A DNA stretch of 32,000 bases from contig NZ_CP012333.1 of assembly GCF_001263205.1 (NCBI RefSeq), forward strand, positions 5,290,556 through 5,322,555, written 5' to 3'. This DNA comes from Labilithrix luteola. GTDB lineage: Bacteria > Myxococcota_A > Polyangia > Polyangiales > Polyangiaceae. Each line of letters opens with the position of its first letter. Position 1 is the stretch's first letter. Below, in pieces: positions 16,327 to 25,375 of the stretch. The notes under the pieces were generated by a model that saw only the letters and a program-made list of their open reading frames with translations, ran no database searches and was not told where the DNA came from. The position numbers and the translations under genes are program-made.

Positions 16327-16744
16327 TTACTACAGAGGGCAGCAACCGAAAGACGAAGCGTGGTGCGGCCTTGGCCCAGTTCACTTCGCGACATCCGCTG
16401 GCCGTCCTTCCATCCCGTTCCGCCGCGTTCCGCCTCGTTCCCTCGCGAAGGTCGAGCTTTCGGCAGCCTGACGGCGCCTGTTTCCAAGTCGCGCCGCGCG
16501 TAACGGTTGTCGCCGGTGGGACATGTGCTCCTCACGAGGGGGTTGAATGCACGATCGACAAAGTTGCGGACTTCGACCACGGCGCCGCCCGTTCGATCTC
16601 GAAAAGCGGCGTGCAAGCGAAAGACGAAGGCTTCCACGCCCACCAGGACGGCCAGTCGGCTCTCACCAGCGAGAGCGGGGGGCGTTGGCTCGTCCGCGAC
16701 GACGACGTATGCTCGCCGTTTGCGTTCCCGCGGAGAACACGAAA

Positions 16745-17869
16745 ATGTCGAAACTTCTTCTCGAACAGGTCGAAAAGCATCGGAAGGAGATCAAACACGA
16801 GGTCATCACCTATGGCCTTTCGGAGCTCATCACGATGCACAAGGCCGAGGACATCCAGATCAGTCCCGACTACCAGCGAACGTTTCGTTGGAATCGCGAC
16901 CAGCAGACCCTGTTCATTGAATCCTTGATCCTGGAGATCCCGTTCCCCCCAGTGTTCTTTTACGAGAATGATGACGGGCGATGGGAGTTGCTCGACGGGC
17001 TCCAACGTCTTTCCACCATCATCAAGTTCATGGGAAGCGGGAAGGACGTCCCGGCCGATTGTCGTGGTGCGAGCAAGAACGAAGTCGACTGGCACGACGA
17101 TACGCAGAACATTCTGGCGGAGCCTCTCCAGCTTCGCGAGACGGAGTACCTGTCCGAGTTAGGTGGCTTCACGTTCGTAAGGTTGCCGACGTCCCTCCAG
17201 CTCAACTTGAAGAGGGCACGCATTCAAATCTACGTCCTGAAGCGAGAGACCCACTCTTCCTACAAGTACGAGGTGTTCAAGCGATTGAACTCCGGCGGCG
17301 AGCCTCTAAGCGAGCAAGAGGTCCGAAATTGCGCCACTCGTCTGTTCGACAATAAGTTCCCCGACTTCATTCAGAAGACCTCCGAGCTGCCAACATTTCG
17401 TCAGGCAATCAAGTTGGACGACGATGAGCTTCGCGCAGCTCGCGCAGACGAACTCACGCTCCGCTTCTTCACGATGAAGAACTGGCACGACGTGTTTAAA
17501 CACGACGTCGGCGAACTGCTCACCGAATTCATGAAGCATGTGGCATCGCAAAAGATCGAGTTCGACTACGATCAGGAACGCGGCCTCTTCGAGAAAACGT
17601 GGGCCGTGATAGCGGCGGCAGTCCCCAACGGGGCCATTTTTCGCCCTCGCGGAGGGGGTATGTTCTCACCGACCGTTTTTGAGCTCGTGTCGCTCGCCGT
17701 GGCCTTCAACATCGATGACGCTTTCGAGCTGGAGCCGGCGGCGCTTGCGCAAAAGCTGGACGAGCTCGTGGCGTCTGCGAAGGCGGAGGGCCTCACGGGC
17801 GCTGGAAGCAACTCTCGCAAGAAGACTCGCGGTCGCGTCGACAAGGCGCGGTCGTATCCGCTCAAATGA
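16745..17869 (+). CDS. DUF262 (ParB/Srx-like, GmrSD N-domain type) protein lacking a DUF1524/HNH half
   Basis: ATG 16745. The longer track ORF has an Arg-rich, implausible N-extension. Motifs: ..AEDIQISPDYQRTFRWNRDQQTLFIESLILEIPFPPVFFYENDDGRWELLDGLQRLSTIIKF (DGLQR at 16994-17008). The C-terminal 200 aa are helical with no His-Me/HNH-like motif seen. G+C is 28/60 in 16745-16804. Confidence 0.85.
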   Translation: MSKLLLEQVEKHRKEIKHEVITYGLSELITMHKAEDIQISPDYQRTFRWNRDQQTLFIESLILEIPFPPVFFYENDDGRWELLDGLQRLSTIIKFMGSGKDVPADCRGASKNEVDWHDDTQNILAEPLQLRETEYLSELGGFTFVRLPTSLQLNLKRARIQIYVLKRETHSSYKYEVFKRLNSGGEPLSEQEVRNCATRLFDNKFPDFIQKTSELPTFRQAIKLDDDELRAARADELTLRFFTMKNWHDVFKHDVGELLTEFMKHVASQKIEFDYDQERGLFEKTWAVIAAAVPNGAIFRPRGGGMFSPTVFELVSLAVAFNIDDAFELEPAALAQKLDELVASAKAEGLTGAGSNSRKKTRGRVDKARSYPLK

Positions 17870-18600
17870 GTTGCGCGACCGACTTCCTCGCGGGAACTGA
17901 TCCGGTGTTCAAAGAATGTACGGAGGGCATCGCTACCCTCTCGCGCATCGTCGTAGCGTGTCCTCAGGCGCTTGCGGGACAAGCGAGAGCGTCGTTAGTG
18001 CCCGCGCTCTACGCTTACTGGGAACGTTTTTTTCGGATTACCTTCGCCGAATTTCTGCGCTGCATCTCCGAGGCGAACATCCCGTTTGCAAATATCTGCA
18101 GCGCCCTGGCGCGCTTTAAGGTTCGTAAGCATGCACTTCTGCTCGATAGCTCGCATCGTGCGCGGATCCTGCACACGATCGACAATAGGAGCCTGACAGA
18201 CACCAAGGCGTTTCTTCAGGAAATCCTGAATGAGATGAACGATATCGACCGTGCTTTCGGGCAACCAGTTGTCTTCTTCGATCCGAGCGCTTGGATCGAG
18301 ACTGATTCCAATGTCCGCTACGAGGTCGTTGAGAAGGTCTGTCGAAACGTCGGCGTCGATCCTGAGGCCCTCAAGCAGATTCTCTCGGCCTCCAAGATCG
18401 CGCTGTATCCACGGCTCAAAGAGCTTGTGGACATGCGCAACGATATCGCGCATGGCACAACGATCGCCCCGCTCGGACAGTCGAAGTGGGACGAGCTGCA
18501 GTCGTTCGTCTCGACCCTGATGAATGCGGTACAGCTTCTACTCTACGAGACGCTTGCCAACGGTCAGCATCTCGCTCCGACCGCGTCAGTGCCGCCGTAG
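17866..18600 (+). CDS. HEPN-type (R-x4-H) putative RNase, MAE_28990/MAE_18760-like
   Basis: ATG 17866 overlaps the DUF262 stop (ATGA). The 244-aa protein has ..LYPRLKELVDMRNDIAHGTTI.. with R191 (18436-18438) and H196 (18451-18453) forming Rx4H near the C-terminal third, plus an N-terminal ..ALYAYWERFFRITFAEFL.. helix. Subfamily assignment is from memory. G+C is 28/60 in 18181-18240. Confidence 0.7.
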   Translation: MSCATDFLAGTDPVFKECTEGIATLSRIVVACPQALAGQARASLVPALYAYWERFFRITFAEFLRCISEANIPFANICSALARFKVRKHALLLDSSHRARILHTIDNRSLTDTKAFLQEILNEMNDIDRAFGQPVVFFDPSAWIETDSNVRYEVVEKVCRNVGVDPEALKQILSASKIALYPRLKELVDMRNDIAHGTTIAPLGQSKWDELQSFVSTLMNAVQLLLYETLANGQHLAPTASVPP

Positions 18601-19851
18601 TCGCAGGAGCGATTCGGTGTAGCTCCGAGTGTCGAGGTACCGGCGCGATTTGCTGTTGAGCGAGGTCATTACTCGCCGTACCGGCATGCGAAACATGATC
18701 TCGGCGCTCAGCCCCATCTCGCGAGCGATGTCGGCGAAAAGCGCGGCGAGATCAAGTTCGTGCTCCTTGTAGTAAGACGATTGCAGAACGAGAAGTGCTT
18801 GTCCGCGTGCAGTCAGCGTCCGGCGAATTTCAGCAAGTGATTCGTCTGCGTCGTTGAAGTACTGAAGCAGGTTGCGAAGGTAGTAACCCTTCGACCGGTG
18901 TGAAGGATGGTCTCGAACGCTTGCCAACACGCGGCGAAGTCGGCGCGGCCAATGTTCGGGGATTTCGTCTGTTCGAGGAGACCGGATCGCAGTCGTGCCC
19001 ATAAGCGCGCGCCGCAACGTCGCGAACGCCCCGGCGTCGCACCCTAGCACGGCGAGTTCCAAGCGGGTGGTGACTGCGTAGTCGATGCGCGTGCAGTACG
19101 GGGGGGAGCCCAGGATCAGGTGGACGCTTCGCGACGCTATGGGGAGCGAGCGTGCGTCTGCAAGCACAACACGCGATTTGTCAGCCAGGTCCTTCCGAGG
19201 AGGGTTCACACTCGCGTACTGCTCGGCGATGCGGACGAAGTCGCGGGAGATATCCCGCGTCGAAATGTTGATATTCGCGCCCGGCCGAGACCAGGTGGGA
19301 TTTGAGACCCGCGTTCGCGGGACGAGGTCGCTGACAGCGCGTACAAGTGCAAACAGTAGGAACGCGGCGCCCGGTGGGATGGCGGTCCAGTCGGCCGGAA
19401 TGTCGAACTCGCGACGTATCGCCGTTGCGATACCTTCCACGCGGCGCGCCGCGGACGTTGGCATCCATTGCTCAAGTTCGTCGATGGGGGCACTGGACGT
19501 AGCGATGCGCCGGGCGAGCGGCCGCGCAACTTCGACGGCCTTCAGCCGTTCGGGGGCAGGACAGAGCTTGGCTGCTGAAAGGACGACGGCAAATGGGTTC
19601 AGGTCGATACCGACCGCACGGTGACCTTCCTCGACCGCTGCGCAAAGCGTAGTACCGCTCCCCGCCCAAGGGTCGAGCACGAGTGAGCCGGGCCGGAGCT
19701 CCGCTTCGGCAATTGCGGCGGAGGCAAAGCGTGACGAAAATCCCGCGTAGTACGGGTACCAGGTATCGACGCCCTCATCCCGAGCCAGACGCTTCGGGTT
19801 GAGAACGAGGGGGAGCGCTTCCGTCATCGCGTGATGGCCCATTCGTATCAT
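18586..19851 (-). CDS. DNA amino-methyltransferase (N4-C or N6-A), motif order I..TRD..IV
   Basis: Motif I is VLDPWAGSGTT (19648-19674). AVGIDLNP follows. About 180 aa later comes motif IV, GSPPY (SPPY = 19096-19107), then ..EIRRTLTARGQALLVLQSSYY. Alternative starts are at 19842 and 19827. The 3' end overlaps the convergent HEPN gene by 15 bp. Confidence 0.85.
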   Translation of the reverse strand: MIRMGHHAMTEALPLVLNPKRLARDEGVDTWYPYYAGFSSRFASAAIAEAELRPGSLVLDPWAGSGTTLCAAVEEGHRAVGIDLNPFAVVLSAAKLCPAPERLKAVEVARPLARRIATSSAPIDELEQWMPTSAARRVEGIATAIRREFDIPADWTAIPPGAAFLLFALVRAVSDLVPRTRVSNPTWSRPGANINISTRDISRDFVRIAEQYASVNPPRKDLADKSRVVLADARSLPIASRSVHLILGSPPYCTRIDYAVTTRLELAVLGCDAGAFATLRRALMGTTAIRSPRTDEIPEHWPRRLRRVLASVRDHPSHRSKGYYLRNLLQYFNDADESLAEIRRTLTARGQALLVLQSSYYKEHELDLAALFADIAREMGLSAEIMFRMPVRRVMTSLNSKSRRYLDTRSYTESLLRLRRH

Positions 19852-19883
19852 GGACCGGCTTCACATCGTCGGAGGTTCCCCTC

Positions 19884-20144
19884 GTGGCGGTGACGCCGGC
19901 CCTCGTTGTGGACAGAAGCATCGCGCTCGAGTGGTTGAGCGTCGAGCTTCGATGTGGCCTCCTCACCGTCGAACGGTTGGAGTGAAAGGGCAAAGTCACG
20001 GAGACGAAGGGCATGGAGTATCGTGTCGCCGCGATGACGCAGCGGTTCAAGAACGCTCTGGCCGCTCATCGCGATCTAAGGAAGCGCGTGCTGTACACCG
20101 ACGAAGGCGGGCTCTTGTCGAAGATCGACCCATCAACGCCGTGG
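19884..20144 (+). pseudogene. tyrosine recombinase (integrase) internal fragment with in-frame stop
   Basis: Translation: ..VAVTPALVVDRSIALEWLSVELRCGLLTVERLE*KGKVTETKGMEYRVAAMTQRFKNALAAHRDLRKRVLYTDEGGLLS... The pattern W.(D)V.L..G.L.V.RSEWKG.V..TKG...R.VPMT.RL..AL..HR is typical of phage-type integrases. TGA at 19983-19985 replaces the expected Trp. Both the N-terminal and the catalytic C-terminal parts are missing. Confidence 0.5.
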
Positions 20145-20821
<677 letters not shown>

Positions 20822-20842
20822 AATTGGCCGAAAGGCTAGGAG

Positions 20843-20871
20843 AACCTACGTCCAGGTCGGCTCCGCTGCAA
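20843..20871 (-). promoter_or_regulatory. weak sigma70-type promoter candidate for ssrA precursor
   Basis: On the minus strand: TTGCAG (20866-20871), a 17-nt spacer, then TAGGTT (20843-20848), ending 21 nt upstream of the mature 5' G. This would give a short leader for RNase P. The hexamer matches are weak. Confidence 0.2.
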
Positions 20872-20904
20872 GGGGGCATCGGCCAAACGACCTCGACAAA
20901 GGCC

Positions 20905-21504
20905 ATGCGCCCCCTCTTCTTCTGCCTGTTCTCGGCGCTCGCGACGCTCCCGACCGTCGCGGTAGCGGTCGCCGCGGCAAGCCTCGGCGGCTGCTCGAGG
21001 GCAGGGGCGGGGGTCGTCGCGCCGGTCGAGCTTGCGATTGGACCGGTCGACGCGGGGGCAGAGAACGCCGACACCGGCGCGGCGCAGAAGCCCGAGAAGA
21101 AGAAGACGTGCACCGCCCAGCTCATGGCGGGCGAGATCGATACCGGGCCTGGGTGCGTGCTCGACGAGCGGATCAGCCATGGCCCCGGAAAGCTCATGTA
21201 CCCCTGCGAGGGGGACGGGGCTGCGCAGGCCTCGTTCGACGATCAGGTCTACGACGGCAAGGTTGTCGGGAACGTCCTCACGCTTCGCCTGACCACCGAG
21301 CTCGACTGGGAAGACGGCTGCCGATGGCAGTCAGAGCACATGCTCGGTGGGCGCCTGATTCGCGGGGAAGCCGTCGAGGACGATCCCGTCGAGCCGCTCC
21401 AGTGGCGCTACGAAGACCGTGCCATCTCGGGACGCAACTGCTCGGGCGCGTGTCTGGCTCAGGCCGAGATCGAGGTCGTGCGCAACGTCGGCAGCGACGA
21501 CTGA
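20905..21504 (+). CDS. lipoprotein, unknown function
   Basis: ORF 20734-21504 overlaps ssrA, so ATG 20905 is preferred. It gives MRPLFFCLFSALATLPTVAVAVAAASLGGC (an LGGC lipobox). The product is 199 aa with 6 further Cys. Confidence 0.7.
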   Translation: MRPLFFCLFSALATLPTVAVAVAAASLGGCSRAGAGVVAPVELAIGPVDAGAENADTGAAQKPEKKKTCTAQLMAGEIDTGPGCVLDERISHGPGKLMYPCEGDGAAQASFDDQVYDGKVVGNVLTLRLTTELDWEDGCRWQSEHMLGGRLIRGEAVEDDPVEPLQWRYEDRAISGRNCSGACLAQAEIEVVRNVGSDD

Positions 21505-21554
21505 ACACAACGCCCACGCGGGCGTCGCAAATCAATCACGGCTATCCTTGGCTC

Positions 21555-22604
21555 ATGTTCACGGCGCCCCTCGGCGGTCGGTACGCTGTCCAGAGCGAAC
21601 TTGCGAGCGGTGGCAGTGGGCGCATTTATCTGGCCGAAGACCTGAGGCTCGGTCGGCCAGTCGTGGTGAAGATCGTCGCGACGTCACTCCAAGCGTCCCT
21701 CGACGAGGCCGTGCGACGCCTCGAGCGCGAGGCCCGCGTCGCCGGAGGCATCCATCATCCGAACGTCTGCGCCGTGTCAGACTTCGGGAAGCTCGATGAC
21801 GGGCGGCCCTTCCTCGTGATGGAGCACTTGACCGGCGAGTCGCTCGCCACGCGCCTTGGGCGCGAGCGTTCGCTGCCGATCGCGGTCGCGATGGACTTCG
21901 CGTACCAGATGCTCGGCGGGCTCGACGCCGCGCATCGCCGCGGGGTCATTCATCGCGACATCAAGCCGGAGAACCTGTTCCTCATCGAGATCGGGCTCGG
22001 GAGACATCTCCTCAAGGTGCTCGACTTCGGCACCGCTCAGGTGCTCGACACATCCTCGCCGTACGGCGACGAGCTCACGGACACCGATCGCGTGATGGGG
22101 ACGATGGCATACATGTCGCCCGAGCAGCTGAAGGGCGTGCGCGACTTCGACGCGCGTACCGACGTGTACTCGGCCGCGGTCGTCATCTACGAGATGCTCG
22201 TCGGGACGCGACCGTTCGGTGATGTGCCGAGCGATCGTCTCGCCGAAGCGATCGCGTTCACCCGGGCTCCGTCGATCTTGCACAGACTGCCGAACCTCGC
22301 GCACCCGGTGGCACGCGCGATCGACACAGCCCTCTCCGTCGATCGAACGCGTCGTCCGGCCGACGCCGCAGCGTTCCTCGCGATGCTCGCCGCGCCGCCG
22401 TCGCCGACGAGCATCGTCGATCGATCGGTACCCGAAGCCGATCCGTTGCAGATCATTTCCGACTGGGATTTGCCCACCCATCAGAACCGCGCGCAGGATG
22501 ATTGGGACCTCGTGACACTGGAGCGCGATCGTCGCGCGCTGGTGGCGTCGAACGAGGACGTGCTTTCCATCGATGTGAAGATCGACCGAGAACCGCTTCG
22601 CTAA
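21555..22604 (+). CDS. Ser/Thr protein kinase (Hanks type), soluble
   Basis: ATG 21555. Motifs: GSGRIYLAED..VVVKIV (Gly-loop and Lys), HRDIKPENLF (catalytic loop), VLDFGTA (DFG) and MAYMSPEQ (APE-like). The N-terminal part of the track ORF 21108-22604 is Arg-rich junk. Confidence 0.9.
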   Translation: MFTAPLGGRYAVQSELASGGSGRIYLAEDLRLGRPVVVKIVATSLQASLDEAVRRLEREARVAGGIHHPNVCAVSDFGKLDDGRPFLVMEHLTGESLATRLGRERSLPIAVAMDFAYQMLGGLDAAHRRGVIHRDIKPENLFLIEIGLGRHLLKVLDFGTAQVLDTSSPYGDELTDTDRVMGTMAYMSPEQLKGVRDFDARTDVYSAAVVIYEMLVGTRPFGDVPSDRLAEAIAFTRAPSILHRLPNLAHPVARAIDTALSVDRTRRPADAAAFLAMLAAPPSPTSIVDRSVPEADPLQIISDWDLPTHQNRAQDDWDLVTLERDRRALVASNEDVLSIDVKIDREPLR

Positions 22605-22606
22605 CG

Positions 22607-24763
22607 TCAGCGCGGCACGATCGCGAACTGCGGCTCGTTCGAGTAGTCGGGCTTGACCGGCCGCGCGGCAAACTTGGCCCACGCGGCCGCTCCCCCGGCG
22701 GCTCCCGACTGCGCAGCCATCGCCAGGGCGGGCTGCATGTTCGCCGGGTAGCCTTCCGCGGAAGACGCGTACCCCGACATCTCACCAGGCTTGGTCAGCG
22801 TGAGCGCGTCAGCCATCGCCTGGCTCTCACACGCGGTGCTTCTCACCGCGGGGTCGACGGAGGCCTCGTAGGCCTGCGCGAAGGTGGTGAACACCGGAGT
22901 GCTCGCCGAGCTACGCACGATCATCGTGTACATGCTCGCCGAGATCCAACAGAAGCCATCGGCGGACATGCGGCCGATCGGGAATTGGGACTTGAATGCG
23001 ATGAGCGGCTTTGCCTTGTCGAAGCCCAACTCGAGGATATGCCCGATGGCCGACGTAAAGAAGTCGTCCTGCCAGGGCGCGATCCCCGTGTTGTTCGCAT
23101 ACGCGTATGCGCCGTCGGTGATGATGCCAAGAGCGTTGGAGTCGGGACCGCTTCCGTAGTGTGTGGTGTAGTAATCGATATTGTCGTTCAGACGATCGAC
23201 GAAATACTGCTTCATCGGATCAGCGTCGGGGGTGAACGCCGCGGTCTCACCAAGAGCGCGCAGACCCCACGCCTGACCGCGCACCTGATCCGGGTGCAGG
23301 AGCCCCTTCTCATGATCGCGGTAACCAGGGTTTGACTGGAACAAACCGAAGTTGCTCCAGAACTGCATCTCCTCGAGATAGTAATGATCGCCGGTCAACA
23401 GATAGGGCAGGTACACGAGCGAGGGCGCGTGTGCGTAGTCGGCGCTGTAGGGGGTGCTGCAGGTCGAGCACGCCGGAAAGGCCTCGGACTTACCTGTCTT
23501 CGGGTTCACCGTATCGCCATGGTTGCCGAGCAGCGTCATGTACGGATAATCGACGAGTGAGACCGGTGTGCCTTTCTCTTGATCGCGATAGTGGATAGAC
23601 CAGCTTCCGGAGCCGTCAGCCGTCATCATGGTGGCTCGCGCCGCGCCCGGATCCATCGACAGGAGGTAAAGCGTGGCCCATGCCGGCAGAAGGCCGATGT
23701 CGGGGCGCCCTCCGGTCGTGGGCATGTATTTCTCGGCCAGGCCGATCTGCATCGGATCCCACGGAGCGGCCGGTAAGGAAGCCCACTTCTCCAGCGCAGC
23801 AGCGCTCGGGACCACGGCGGGATCGTAGTTGGGGACCGCTCCGGTCTTGATGAGGTAGCGCGGATCGTGCACCACGAAGGGCTCGGGGGCACGGTTCCAG
23901 TAGTACGTTTGGCGCCAGCGGGCGTGCGCGTAATGCGGTTGGGCGGTCTTGCTGTAGACCTGCTTCCCACCGACCGTGATGGTGAGATCGTACGTATAGG
24001 CGCTGGGCGCGGGCGCGTAGGCCCAGTCGTTCTCGACGATGACATCGACACGTGCGCTACCGCCCGCGTCCATGCGTACCTGGAAGCGAGCCGCGAGCTG
24101 CGGGTGCACGTTGCCGTTCGAGTCTTTGAGCGGTGCGGCGAGCAGCGCCTCTTTGGCGAGCGGACCGTCGAGCCAGGTCGACGTAGCCACGGCGAGCAGT
24201 GGCTTGACCGACGCCGCGTACTCGGTGCCGTCGACCTTGATACGGACTTCGGCGTCGAAACCGCTGTTCGCCAACGTCGTGAGATCGAGGCCGGGAGCGC
24301 TCGCTGCCGGAGCAGCCGAAACGAGGTCGAGGTCGAAACGTCCCCCCGCCGCGACCGTCGGCAGCTTCGCAGTGATGACCGCGTGACGAAGCGATCCATC
24401 GGCGTAGGTCGCCTTCTTGTCGACCTGCAGTGCAACGCCGTTCCCGTCCTTGTCACGCCCCGCGAGCGTGACCCCGGCTGGCACGTCGCCAGCGGCGAAC
24501 GCGTGGCCGAAACCAACGATCACGTTGCTGCCGCCGCTGCCCGAGTCGACGAAGGTCACACGCGCGAGCGTCGAGCCTATGGGGGCGGGTATGGATCCAT
24601 CGGGCGAGGGGGCGGAGCCATCGAGCGAGTCGTCCGGTGATAAACGATTCGCGGTACCGGGGGCGTCGTCGCTCGAGCAAGCGCTAACGGCCAGTAGTGC
24701 CCCGGCAAGCAAACAAAGCCCGAAACTTCGACGCCGTACATGCTTGGTGAGGTCGCCTGTCAT
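22607..24763 (-). CDS. large secreted lipoprotein, unknown function
   Basis: 718-aa ORF with balanced composition. The signal is MTGDLTKHVRRRSFGLCLLAGALLAVSAC/SSDD. The sequence is Trp/Tyr-rich (..LTGDHYYLEEMQFWSNFGLFQSNPGYRDHEKG..), compatible with a carbohydrate-active fold, but I cannot assign a family. Confidence 0.8.
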   Translation of the reverse strand: MTGDLTKHVRRRSFGLCLLAGALLAVSACSSDDAPGTANRLSPDDSLDGSAPSPDGSIPAPIGSTLARVTFVDSGSGGSNVIVGFGHAFAAGDVPAGVTLAGRDKDGNGVALQVDKKATYADGSLRHAVITAKLPTVAAGGRFDLDLVSAAPAASAPGLDLTTLANSGFDAEVRIKVDGTEYAASVKPLLAVATSTWLDGPLAKEALLAAPLKDSNGNVHPQLAARFQVRMDAGGSARVDVIVENDWAYAPAPSAYTYDLTITVGGKQVYSKTAQPHYAHARWRQTYYWNRAPEPFVVHDPRYLIKTGAVPNYDPAVVPSAAALEKWASLPAAPWDPMQIGLAEKYMPTTGGRPDIGLLPAWATLYLLSMDPGAARATMMTADGSGSWSIHYRDQEKGTPVSLVDYPYMTLLGNHGDTVNPKTGKSEAFPACSTCSTPYSADYAHAPSLVYLPYLLTGDHYYLEEMQFWSNFGLFQSNPGYRDHEKGLLHPDQVRGQAWGLRALGETAAFTPDADPMKQYFVDRLNDNIDYYTTHYGSGPDSNALGIITDGAYAYANNTGIAPWQDDFFTSAIGHILELGFDKAKPLIAFKSQFPIGRMSADGFCWISASMYTMIVRSSASTPVFTTFAQAYEASVDPAVRSTACESQAMADALTLTKPGEMSGYASSAEGYPANMQPALAMAAQSGAAGGAAAWAKFAARPVKPDYSNEPQFAIVPR

Positions 24764-24808
24764 TCGTGTATCCTATGTTCGTATTCGCCAGATGGGGGCA
24801 GCCGAGTG

Positions 24809-25155
24809 TCATGGCGACGGGCGTATCGCCCACACTCCGCGATCGGCGTTGTTGACGCCAAACAGAAGTCCGAGCGACGGGATGTAGCCGCACTTGGAGT
24901 GGATGCCGCCGCCGTTGGTAGCCGACGTCACGGGCTTGACCCCCGTGGTCGCGATTTGGGTCCAGACGTCGGCGTCCGGATCCCAAGACCAGATGCGCTC
25001 GCGTCGGAAAGGGCGTCGGCGGCGTGATCGGGAGCTCCGTCGCTGCTCTCATCGAGCGCGTCCGACCCCGCGCCCGACCTCGCGTCAGTCGTGCTGCATG
25101 CCGCGGCGGCGAGTACGGCGCAGAGCACATACCCATGACCAAGAAGAGATCGCAT
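24809..25155 (-). pseudogene. gene relic: lipoprotein signal peptide fused out of frame to a C-terminal beta-propeller/Kelch-like tail
   Basis: ATG 25155 gives MRSLLGHGYVLCAVLAAAAC/STTDA..DALSDAS, which then runs into junk (stop 24928). A different frame from about 24997 reads ERIWSWDPDADVWTQIATTGVKPVTSATNGGGIHSKCGYIPSLGLLFGVNNADRGVWAIRPSP* (stop 24809-24811). Confidence 0.35.
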
Positions 25156-25341
25156 TAAGCAATCCGCCGCACTGCACGCATCGCGCCAGCTCCACACGCC
25201 GAACCAGCGCGCGCGTTTCAGGAGCTGTGAGGCAAGCTACATCGATTCACGAGTGGCATCGTTTTCGATGCGGATGCGGCGCGTCTTTGCGAGACGAGCT
25301 GCGAGCCGGGGTACTCGGTTCACGAAACGCGATTGCTCGAA

Positions 25342-25375
25342 TTGAGATCACACTTCTCAAATTGAGAAGTTGAGA
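25342..25375. promoter_or_regulatory. cluster of TTGAGA/TCTCAA hexamers in an unusually AT-rich stretch upstream of 25443
   Basis: aTTGAGAtcacactTCTCAAaTTGAGAagTTGAGAtg. The hexamers sit at 25342, 25355 (inverted), 25362 and 25370. A second dyad, tctcacgccgtgaga, lies between this cluster and ATG 25443. Confidence 0.25.

Noticed and set aside
15702-16928. 408-aa plus-strand ORF spanning the A-C segment and the DUF262 5' region
   Set aside because: It is an Arg/Ser/Pro-rich shadow ORF. It crosses the att-like copy C and overlaps better-supported genes on both strands.
19100-19106. G7 homopolymer inside the MTase SPPY codons as a phase-variation tract
   Set aside because: The run is simply TCC-CCC-CCG (Ser-Pro-Pro) on the coding strand. 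It is short for slipped-strand switching and expected in a GC-rich codon context.
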